A DNA stretch of 64,000 nucleotides from contig JBITNC010000001.1 of assembly GCA_050084985.1 (NCBI GenBank), forward strand, positions 80,476,001 through 80,540,000. The letters run 5' to 3'. Both the position numbers and the translations under genes were made by a program. Shown here one piece after another: positions 54,690 through 64,000 of this stretch. This DNA is from Nageia nagi (Eukaryota > Plantae > Pinophyta). The notes under the pieces were generated by a model that saw nothing but the letters and a program-made list of their open reading frames with translations, was not told the DNA's origin and did not search any database. Every line of letters starts with the position of its first letter. Positions within the stretch are counted from its first letter, which is position 1.

Positions 54690-55677
54690 GCTATTAAAGG
54701 GGGACTTTAAGATTATCTAATATTTTATTAATGCCTCCTCCTAAGTCAGCCAACCTGGGAAGACATATTTGCAAGTTAGAAATGCTATAAAAGGAAGTCA
54801 TTTGGTCAATTGAAGACATCATCTTGTGCATTCAATCTTGGATCATTCGGAGCTTAGGGATGCTTCCCTTCTCTACCTTTTAGGGCTTAGAGGTACCCTA
54901 TAAGTGGTTCATCTGCACTTCAACAACACTTGGAGAGTTGGTGCCAACCTTGAGGAGCATTCTAGAGTCTTGCGCTAGCCATCTTTACCACTTGGAGACT
55001 TGCGCCAACCATTGGGAGCCATCTTGGGTCTTGCACCAAGCTTGGGACCCCTTTTGGACCTTATGCCAACCTCTTGGAGTCTAGTTTGAGCATTCTTAAG
55101 ACTTGAGCTTTGCTCTCAAACTTGTAACAGCCCTATACTTAGTCTTGGTTCATTATTGATGATATTGGCTCTCATATTGCATCTCAAATGTGAATGAATA
55201 TTGCTACATATTTATACTATGCTTTTATCTTCATTGTGTATGGGAATGTATGCGAATTGAGTACTTTTGGAGCTATATTTCTGTTATGTTACAGATCTGA
55301 TTTGTGCCTTAGTTTTGGTCATATTCACATGTTATGAGTGCTTATTATCAGTTTTGGTTACTGCTGTTACATATCAATTTGAGTGCATGAATTGAATGAT
55401 TTATGAGCATATTTATTGATGCCCTAGTTCGTGGATTAAAATGGAATTGAACGCTAAAATTGATTCCTTCAAGATCCTGAAATAGTTTGACTTTGTCCAT
55501 TCTCTTCAAAAGTGCTCGACCTGAATCTTGACATCCTTCCATCTCCTAAGTTTCTACTACCTAGTGCCTTTTAATAATACATCATCTCATGTCTCCAAAA
55601 CAATCCTTTCCGTTGCTCTAGCTAAAACTGGGTCCTCAAAATTGCAAAAATTTTGAGGTCTGTTGTGCGGTACAACA
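54690..55677 (+). mobile_element. Right part of an LTR-like element ending in an inverted copy of the hairpin-capped terminus
   Basis: GCTATAAAAGG at about 54784; short CTTGCGCCAAC repeats; ends GGGTCCTCAAAATTGCAAAAATTTTGAGGTCTGTTGTGCGGTACAACA. Confidence 0.68.
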
Positions 55678-56303
55678 AAGCCCAATCACAATTATCCCAC
55701 TAAGATAGATCCTTACATAATTTTTTTTCACAAAATATTGAATGGATTTCTTGCTGTGAGTTGTAGAAATATTTAAGCCCAAAAGATCAGTGATTCAGTT
55801 CTCAACAATCAGACAAATGGAAGTTTCAAAATTATTCTACGCGCATAGACCATGGAATATCCCATAGCTGGATCTGTTAAGTTCTCCAGCCAAAACCAAG
55901 ACAGCCTTGAAATTAGACTTCTAGAAAATATCCAAAACAATTCTGTAAGAATTTCACCATAAGAAGCTTCCTGGTAGAAACAATCAAGAACTTCTTTTTG
56001 CAGTACAAAGCACTATTTTGTTCCTTCTGTTTGTAATATAGAAAAAAAAATAGAAAGCATATAGCAATGATCATCTGATCCTTTCTACAGAACCGGTCAT
56101 TTTAAAATTCTTCACAACAGGCTGCTGGAGAAAAGGAACAATTTTCTTATTAACAATCATAAGAATGAGCTCCTATAGAAATCTAATCAAATATCATACA
56201 TGGCAAGACTCGTACCTATAATATATACACAATTAATGAACCAACATTAAAATTTTGAGTGGAAATTGCAAAACATGTTATAATTCATTCTGCACAAACT
56301 CAC

Positions 56304-56375
56304 CACTCAGCAGCAGCCTGTAGCATGCGGTCAGAGATAAGGTTGGCACCAGAGAGAAGTGTCCCCAGTCCAATT
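56304..56375 (-). CDS. NAD-ME2: NAD-malic enzyme exon
   Basis: AG|(G)IGLGTLLSGANLISDRMLQAAAE+TG|GTGAG, 72 bp. Confidence 0.97.
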
Positions 56376-56506
56376 CTACAAAGAGACAATGTTTAGCAGG
56401 AAATAATAAATCCCATCTATTCATAGCAAGTGTTGAAATACATGTTTCATTTGCAGTTTCAACAAAGCTTAAAAGAAGATATACAAATAACTAAATATCC
56501 ATTTAC

Positions 56507-56561
56507 CCAGGGAACAGATACATATTATTTCCTTGGTTTGCATGACCAACAACTCCATTTC
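56507..56561 (-). CDS. NAD-ME2: NAD-malic enzyme exon
   Basis: AG|(G)NGVVGHANQGNNMYLFP+GG|GTAAA, 55 bp; NQxNNMYLFPG motif. Confidence 0.97.
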
Positions 56562-56648
56562 CTGTATGGAAGACATCCTGTAAGGCCAAAACCTATGCCA
56601 TAGAGATTAAATTATTCAAAGCATTGAAGTAGAGGAACAAGAGCTAAC

Positions 56649-56735
56649 CTAGATCAACATTCTTAAAAGGGCTACCACTTGCAAAAATTATGTTTTCACC
56701 AGCATACTTAAAAGCTTCATCTGCTGTGCATTCGG
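56649..56735 (-). CDS. NAD-ME2: NAD-malic enzyme exon
   Basis: AG|(A)ECTADEAFKYAGENIIFASGSPFKNVDL+G|GT, 87 bp; AECT and FASGSPF motifs. Confidence 0.97.
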
Positions 56736-56867
56736 CTGTTCTACACCAAGAAATAATATAAATAATACATTAGAATTAAAAAGAAACATGAATAACAAAT
56801 AATTAGTCAACATCAAAAAGCTTCTACAGCTAAATTTTATGTCTATGTCAAAAAAAGGAAACATAAC

Positions 56868-56940
56868 CATTCTTAGTTGGATTTGACATTGCAAATATTG
56901 CAGGTCTTGGAGAGTCAGATTCCTTCATTGCCTCCAGCAC
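56868..56940 (-). CDS. NAD-ME2: NAD-malic enzyme exon
   Basis: AG|VLEAMKESDSPRPAIFAMSNPTKN+G|GT, 73 bp; contains the malic-enzyme motif FAMSNPT. Confidence 0.97.
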
Positions 56941-57659
56941 CTGTAGGATTTTATAATAACAAAGTCATTTACAACATATAAATCTGTTTGGAAAAATTTA
57001 CTTCAACTAAAAGAAACATTTATACCCAGTCTTATAGAAAAATATTCAAGCCTAGTGTTCCAAAACAAGCATTCAAACAATACTAGATCTTAAATCATTT
57101 GTTGACAAAGAGAAAAGAACAATAAATACATTGAACAGGCATCATATTTGAATCAAGTCCTCTTTCTTGTTGCTAATGAAGCTAGGAGTTTACCACAAAA
57201 CATACAAAGCAAAAGTTAAATTAAAAAAACCTGGAAATGCATATCCATTCTCTGGATACAACTCATATTACTCTTCTACATGTTCCACCTAGACCAATTC
57301 TTGTACCAATACATGTGTCAAACACGAAATAGTCCAGCGCCAATCTTTCCTTCGCAGGCCATTTTCCAATGTCCAGAAATAGAAACTACTTCCCCTATAG
57401 TTACTAATTGATAATTTCCTAATGCAGCCAGCTCTATTATTGTGTTTTTCTGGCTTTACAATTGAAAGAAACATCATGCTATATAAAAGAACATGAAAGA
57501 GTAATTGTATGCAGATGGGAAACTCTTATGAGGAAGCGGTTGAATTATGAATAAATTTCGCAAAAATAAATAGTACTTTAAATCAGTTCTCAATGAACTA
57601 GTGGTGACATACAGCGTGAACCAAATTTAGCATATCAACTGAAAACAATAATTAAAAAA

Positions 57660-58842
57660 GGGAAAATATCTAGAACACCCCTATAATCTGAGAGAATATC
57701 AAAAATACCCCTACATTTTGAATAATATCAAACATACCCTTCATATGAGACGCAAAGCACATTGTACTTGAAATACATATAAATATTTTGTGTCTTCTTT
57801 ATGCTTCCACATTTTGCATACATATCTACCAAGGCACTCACAACCACATCCGATAGAAATGCACCTTTCAAAAGTCTTTGATGCATGTATAAGCACTGTT
57901 GCGAATCTCCCAGTTTGGTGAATGCTTTGAAAACGATGGGAAAGGTGAATTGAAAACGATTCACCTACAGCATCATGAAATTTTTATCTTGTACGGAATG
58001 GTTGCAGATAGACTTGCTCTGCTTTCTTGCTAAGTAGCCCTGTTGGGAGTTGCAAGCAATGTATTTGCTGTTTCTCAGATTGTTCCACCGCACTCTTAAC
58101 AAGGACATTCCAAGAAAATATACTTAGGGAGAATGCAACTCATACAAACTAGCAAACATTTGCAAATGTTGGAACATGAATATTAAATATGAAGTCCATG
58201 TTTCTCGTATTAAAAACATCCCATAAACAAGTTAGCAACTAAAGAAGAAGCCTCAAAAGAAAGGCGTACAAGAAAAGTTCATATTACGATATATTACATT
58301 CCAGCTTGGCAACCTATCCTAGCATTACAATTAAAAAACCCTTGTAAGCATTCAATACCCTCCACTGGTAGCAAAATTGTTAGCCAAAGAAAGGGCATTG
58401 CTAATCAACATGCACATGTTCTGAACCCGGCGGCTGATGAGGAGCTTTACCCTCATCAATAGAACTACTTAGCAAGGAAGCAGAGCGAGTCTATCTCCTA
58501 GTTTGGTGAATGCTGTTGTTTGTTGCATTTGATGAAATAGTGTCAATGCCTGTCAAGGAAATCCATGAGAAGATGTCTCGTTCAGTAATACAGTCCAAAA
58601 CATCGCAGGCACCTACCAAACTTCCGCAGTTGACATACATGTGGTTAATTCTATTTTGCAGAAATCTGTGGATAATTCTTTTAAGTCTGATGCGATTGAC
58701 GAATGAATGACGGAGCTAGAGGGCATGTAAACAATGCAAATCTGTGTCCCGTATGGAAAGAGGGGTATTTTTTATATTATTGAAAAAGTAGGGGTATTTT
58801 CAATGTTTTGTCAAATTATAGGGGTATTTTAGATATTTTCCC
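57660..58842. mobile_element. Pack-MULE (Mutator-like, non-autonomous) carrying PPR gene fragments
   Basis: TIRs of about 90-100 bp starting GGGAAAATATCTA with three AYACCCC-like motifs on the left and GGGGTATTTT on the right; AT-rich eroded 9-bp TSD (ATTAAAAAA/ATATAAAAC); internal PPR-coding fragments. Confidence 0.88.
57795..58130 (-). pseudogene. Captured PLS-class PPR gene fragment
   Basis: SIFSWNVLVK ... FTFPIVFKAFTKLGDSQQCLYMHQRLLKGAFLSDVVVSALVDMYAKCGSI; SALVDMYAKCG is a hallmark PLS-PPR motif. Confidence 0.88.
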
Positions 58843-59061
58843 ATATAAAACACACGTTGTGGAATATGGTCTAGTTTATGTGAGTGTCTCTATGTGTTTT
58901 CTTTTGCTTTCACCCTTTAGAATCAGACAAATACCCAAAGTCTAGGAGTAAAGAGTCTATAAACTGGCAAAGGCACAAATGAAAAGTCTTGAAAGATCCA
59001 AAAGTAGGTTCACAAATAGGATACTCTTCACAATATCATGGATTGGATGCCATGAAATGCT

Positions 59062-60435
59062 TGAATGTGATGTACCGAACTAGGGTTCACCCCAAAACAC
59101 TCAAATAATTATGCAATTAATTTCCGAAATTCTCAAACAAATTCCGATTTACACCATTATGCCCAAATCAAGAGCTAAATCTTATTCCAAAAATAGGGAA
59201 AACCTCTACGATGCTCAATAATTACTCAAAATGCATCAAACTTCTCCAAAAAGTGGGAAGAATCATCCAAAGGAATGAATTATTCAGAATAACATCAATC
59301 TGAGCATACATCTAGCATCCAAGCATGAGATCTCATTGATATACTTAAAATATTACTCAAGGAAGAATGCGACCAATACTCAAGCACTAGATCTCAACAA
59401 TACTCATGGAAATGATGCCACAAAATATATCTTAATTATTAAAGGATCAAATGAGCCAAAGTAAACACGTACAAGCCTCTTAGGAGAAGATATGTGAGCC
59501 CTAGAGTGAGAAGTCTCAGCCAGGGAGACTAGATCTCAACTCAAGAACCCTCAAAGATGCCTCAAACTAACTTTAGGATGTGGACGACCCAATGGGAGGC
59601 TAAAGAAGTGGTGTGAAGCACCAAGAATGGCCCCCTAGATGTGACGTCCAAGCAAAATGGCTCTCCATAGTAGATTTGGATGTGCAAACCAACTTAGGAA
59701 CCCTCCATGATGAAGCGCCATCTTCAAGAAGACTAAAATGGGTAGTTGGGACCTACAAACGACCTCCTCCAAGTTGGACAAACCTTGGCAAAGGTAGAAA
59801 CTCAACAGTAGTGTTGACCCTAGACGGATCTTCAGCAGCAATGGCGGTGTGAATCCCTAATGGATTACAGGACTCTGCAGCAACAATGGTGGCAATCAAA
59901 TAAGCCAAGAGGAATGCCAAACCTCAAGGTAGCAATCAAATAAGCCAAGAGGAATGCTAGACCTCAAGGACCTCCCTTGTGAAGACAAGAGGTGGAAGAG
60001 AGCTAATGCCCACAATAATAATCAATAATCAAGCATATCCTCCAAATGAGACTCTATTTGCCTTTTATAGGAGGTGTCTCATCTAGAGGTGGTTGGTCGA
60101 TCCAACCTAGACATTTTAATTCTCCATTGGGGTTACAAAATATTAATTACACCTTTAGATGAGGCATCTACTTAAAATGACTCCTTAGGTCCACCAAATT
60201 ACATATTGGGATCTCATTTAAGTCCCCACAAGTGAGGCATCCCATTTTGGATGCATAGAATGAGATCTACAAATACAAAATTAATATCAAAAAGTGGATA
60301 ATGGCCCGCTACACTTAAGTAAATAATTAAATAATCCTCGCTACCCTTAAATCACTCCTAGATCCTAGAAGAGGGACAGGATGTCCAACTTAAAGTGCTC
60401 AATTTTAGCATTTTTGCACTCAAGGAGAACATTCA
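59062..60435 (-). mobile_element. LTR-like fragment
   Basis: Minus-strand start TGAATGTTCTCC and CCTATAAAAGG at about 60061-60072; internal 26-bp direct repeat GCAATCAAATAAGCCAAGAGGAATGC; no TSD found, so boundaries are uncertain. Confidence 0.55.
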
Positions 60436-61149
60436 TCATTGTCAGGAGATCATTGAATGGCATAAATGCATAAAAATACTCAAAATACAAAGAATTTATC
60501 CCAATGGAGGGAGCCCCACATCATGAGGCAAGATAGCCAAGTGATGAAGTGATCATGAAAGGGATCCCAAAAATGGAACATTGCACTGAACCTTTGGATT
60601 GATGCATATAGATCAATAGTAGCATAAGGAGGCATGAGATAATGATTTATCCAAGTTTTATCATTTTTACAAACCACAAAAATAAAAACCTTTATTATCA
60701 TATCCTTTTATGCATGATAACGGCCAATGATGCATTTTTTATTTTAATAATAATAAATATACATGGTGTTGACATTCTCTCCAAAATCAATATAACCTGA
60801 AAAATATGCCACACAGTTTAAAACATTTAGCATGACTTTTCAAATAAATTGTTGCAGGACATATGAAAGCTAATTCTATTTACATCATCATGGCATTCCC
60901 CTTGTTCAATGCTAACTTGTATGCCAGAATTCTTATATTTCAACATATATTCCATAGAAACATATTGACACTATCAAATCCAGTTCTTCAGTTAGGCTGT
61001 AGCTTCTGAATAAGCAGACAATTTGTTGTAGTATTGCCTAATTGTTCTTCATATCAAACAATAGAATAGATATTTATTAAATACTGATTTCTTCCTAAAG
61101 GTAATTAATTTATTTCTTCTCTATGTGATTAATAAAAGTAATATTCTTC

Positions 61150-61245
61150 GTAACCTCCATGTGGATTACCTAGCTGGTCCCAAATGGACTAGCCAAGATT
61201 TCAACCCAGGACCACTCATTCCTGATTGGGTGTTCTAAGTTTAAT
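61150..61245 (-). mobile_element. tRNA-derived SINE remnant
   Basis: Minus strand AGAACA...GGTCCTGGGTTGAAATC (B-box-like); aligns by eye with 61945-62050. Confidence 0.55.
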
Positions 61246-61279
61246 GTTCGCTCCTTGCCACTAATTGTTTTCCCTGCTG

Positions 61280-61839
61280 AGGAGATTAATCGGCTATTCG
61301 GCAAAAAAATATGCAAAAAAATATATCAGCAGTCATTTAATTTTTTTGTTTTAAATATTATAGCAATCTTTGCTATTGCAGCAGTCATTACCATTTGCTA
61401 TTACAACAATTATTTGCAAGATAGGATTTAAATATTACCAAGACACATTACAAAAACATAGTCATTTGCTATTACAACAGTCTTGAAAACTGAAAAGTAG
61501 GTGTTATTTTTTTCTATTACCAAAACACATGATATTGCATTATAGATGAAGACAACATGTTTTTCGTATCAAAATATTGCATAGTGCATAGCCTGCATAC
61601 TAACATAGTAAGTACATAAATTTCCAAATAAATTTGGCAATGTTTCTTTGAATTTGCAAAAAACAAAAAAAGATCCCTCAAACACATCAAACATCCGAAT
61701 ATCCAGCAAAAAACCGACGATTATCCTGCAAAAATCCGAAAGTTGTACAAGATACGATTTTTTCTGGATTTCTGGTGATTTTTCATTTTCCCCTTCAATT
61801 GCGATTATTCGCAGATAATTGCAGGTTTTTAAATCTATG
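61280..61839. mobile_element. One-ended hAT-like MITE
   Basis: Right end TTTAAATCTATG (CATAG-type TIR) with repeated CGATTA/TAATCG subterminal motifs; left TIR not found. Confidence 0.5.
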
Positions 61840-61944
61840 GGACTTCTAACATCTAAGCTACTAGTCCTCCATGGGTTCGAGAATTTTTATTTTCTTTCAT
61901 ACTTACTTTTGAGGGCATGAATTTATTATATATGGATTTATTCC

Positions 61945-62050
61945 CACACTTCGTATGCATTACCTAACTAGTCCAAAATTGACTAACCACGATTTTAAAG
62001 AGGGACCTTCCATTCCTAGTTGGTTGCTCTACCAATTTAACTAATAGTTC
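61945..62050 (-). mobile_element. tRNA-derived SINE remnant
   Basis: Minus strand TTAGTTAAATTGGTAGAGCA (A-box/D-arm-like), then GGTCCC...TTAAAATC (eroded B box), then a non-tRNA tail shared with 61150-61245. Confidence 0.6.
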
Positions 62051-62683
62051 TTTCTGAGATCAAGATTTTTTTATTCATCAGTAGCTTTCAATGAACTCAT
62101 GTTGTCCTTGTCAACATTCATCCTGGAATTTAAGCAGCTTAAAATTGGAAAAGGCTTGACATTGAATTTCCAAAGTAGGCTTTGTACTGTTTCAAACACA
62201 AAATCAACTTTGAAAGTCTGTTTTATCCTATCTTGCAAACTAATGGAGGTCACTAAGTATCATGGAAAACACAATTCTAACAGAGAATGGCAATATTGTA
62301 AAAGTCTTCAACTTTGAAAAAATAATGAAAAAGAATGAAGCTACTTGTACAGCAACCATGAAAAGAAGTTCAAGCTAAAGCAGCTACTTACATAATTGAA
62401 AAATAATTTACAAAGAAAAACTATAAATTGACCTAAGATGAAAATTTATATAGCAACTCAAGTTTGAACAAGACAATTGCGAGCACCAAATGGAAAGAAT
62501 ATTGCACATGTCAAATAAACCCAGTGTTTCTACCACACAAATCAAATAAACATGCAGAAACTAATAGATATCAAGCTAAAAATTGCCACAAGAATGTTTT
62601 AAATAAAATCATCTCCACAGATCCACAAACATACAACCAGGTATGGGTTTCGATCTATTCATCAACACGCTAAAGACATTCAC

Positions 62684-62749
62684 CTCTCGATTGAAGATGC
62701 CACCAACTCCAGATAAACCCAGAAGAATATGTGGCTTTACTTTTTTAAC
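62684..62749 (-). CDS. NAD-ME2: NAD-malic enzyme exon
   Basis: AG|VKKVKPHILLGLSGVGGIFNRE|GTGAAT, 66 bp, phase 0-0. Confidence 0.96.
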
Positions 62750-63012
62750 CTAAACACCAAAAAAATTTCAGAAATCCATTAAATGCAACTTTTATTAAGG
62801 CATACTTTAAACAAATAGATGAACAAATAACATAAATTAAATAAAAGCTTCTCTGAAAATACCTTAGAGGCTCAATTCGTTAACAGATTTTTGTGCTAGC
62901 ATAATGAAAAGTTATATAAAATAAAATAAACATACTCCAATAAAACCTCACAAAGGACATAGGACCAAATATTCACATATGCTGAATGAGTTAAGAAGAA
63001 CAAGGAACAGAC

Positions 63013-63126
63013 CACTTCAAGAAGACTGGCACCCTCATACAAGCCCTCGATCTCTTCAGGTCCACTACCTCTAGCAAAAGGTGCTGCTTCAGGATCAAGA
63101 TCTTTTCGAGCACATGTAACCAGTCC
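63013..63126 (-). CDS. NAD-ME2: NAD-dependent malic enzyme (mitochondrial, beta-like), first coding exon visible in window; gene is 5'-partial
   Basis: Minus strand AG|GLVTCARKDLDPEAAPFARGSGPEEIEGLYEGASLLEV|GT, 114 bp, phase 0-0; matches the plant NAD-ME region GL(V/I)T..R..LDP.A.PFA...EGASL.EV. Confidence 0.93.
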
Positions 63127-64000
63127 CTATTTCCAAGATAGAGATACAATTAATCAAAGACATTGTAATCTAGCATAAATAACACATATTTGCTTCAAGA
63201 GAATGAAAAACACAAAAGACATTTTTAGATCATTTCAGTACAGAAATCCAGAAGATGTTAAGAGTTTCATAGTATTAGAAGCAACACAGAATATTGATAA
63301 CTATAGTTACAGGATTGAAGAAAACAAAAAGAAATAACTCCTTATTTCCAATTTCAATAATGATAAATCTATTCATTTACAAACTTTATTTAACGACATT
63401 ATTGTTCTTATGTTTGAAAGCAGAAGTTTTTCATCATGTCAGGCAATAACAAAGCATCTGAGTGAACTGCGAATCAACAATTTTAAAGTTGTGCAAATCT
63501 AACAGGCAAAGGCTTGCACTCACTTCCAGAGACGAGGAAATTACCAGCGTACAGCTTAGTTGCACAGGGATGTTGGTACACATCGAGTATGACAATTTCA
63601 GATAATAAGTGTAACAGGAATTAGTGGTAGAATCTAAGTACTAAAACCATAAATGTTTGAAAATGTCCAAATTATAAATATGCCAAACAAAGATTCAAAA
63701 GGATAAACAAAGAAAAAAATTCAGTAATAAATATGCCAATAAACATAAAACTATGTAGAATGCAATGTCAAACTCAACGTAATACATAATGATATATCCT
63801 GAAACAAACATTCAAAAATAAAAAGTATGCCATGAAATTGGCATTCAAAAGTATAAATGATGCACAACTGACTAACTTGCATTCAAAAATATGTCTTTTG
63901 ACTCCTTCCCACATGTCCTTGTCTCAGACTCATGTCCCATGTAACGTTGGAATGATGTTGAGCACAACACAACGGACCAAGAACTTTGTTTCATCCCTTC

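Noticed and set aside
49318-55677. A single intact TIR transposon or solo LTR
   Set aside because: The ends are inverted homologues but the flanks differ (AGTTA versus AAGCC), two separate TATA regions are present, and there is a rearrangement scar at 54602-54737. Treated as a composite.
56688-56894. Minus-strand 68-aa hydrophobic ORF
   Set aside because: Out-of-frame read through two NAD-ME exons and the T-rich intron between them.
57728-57964. Functional nested PPR gene
   Set aside because: Only about two motifs, broken by stops and frameshifts, and it runs into the MULE TIR.
61975-62050. Functional tRNA gene
   Set aside because: The T-arm/B box is eroded, no full cloverleaf is apparent, and a tail is shared with a second copy. 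It fits a SINE better.
1-64000. Most short ORFs in the six-frame track as genes
   Set aside because: They are fragments of decayed TEs, repeat-generated open frames or chance ORFs. The real gene is spliced and largely invisible in that track.
63127-64000. Further upstream NAD-ME exon
   Set aside because: No matching coding sequence was found; the preceding exon must lie outside the window.

Overview
AT-rich eukaryotic (land-plant) nuclear DNA. The giant TE-filled introns and degenerate retroelements suggest a gymnosperm/conifer, but that is an inference. One host gene is present: the 3' nine coding exons (238 aa + stop, all GT-AG, frame intact) of a mitochondrial NAD-dependent malic enzyme, beta/NAD-ME2-like, on the minus strand from 63126 down to the stop at 19629. 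Its 5' exons lie beyond the right edge of the window. Its introns include 5.7, 28.9 and 7.4 kb ones. Most of the remaining sequence is nested, decayed mobile DNA: Copia and Gypsy LTR elements, solo LTRs with TSDs, L1 and RTE LINEs, a hAT transposase pseudogene, hAT MITEs, tRNA-derived SINEs and a Pack-MULE carrying PPR gene fragments. Some stretches (e.g. 11-13 kb, 25.9-27.3 kb) remain unassigned. The most unusual structures are: (i) a family of multi-kb LTR-like elements capped by a TGTTGTG-loop-CACAACA hairpin and filled with palindromic tandem units of 72 bp or 182 bp, one copy carrying ORF remnants upstream of its TATA box; (ii) the PPR Pack-MULE, with fragments in opposite orientations; (iii) a frame-neutral 63-bp exon isolated by 36 kb of intron. 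All calls come from reading by eye; no alignment or database search was run, so novelty is unverified.
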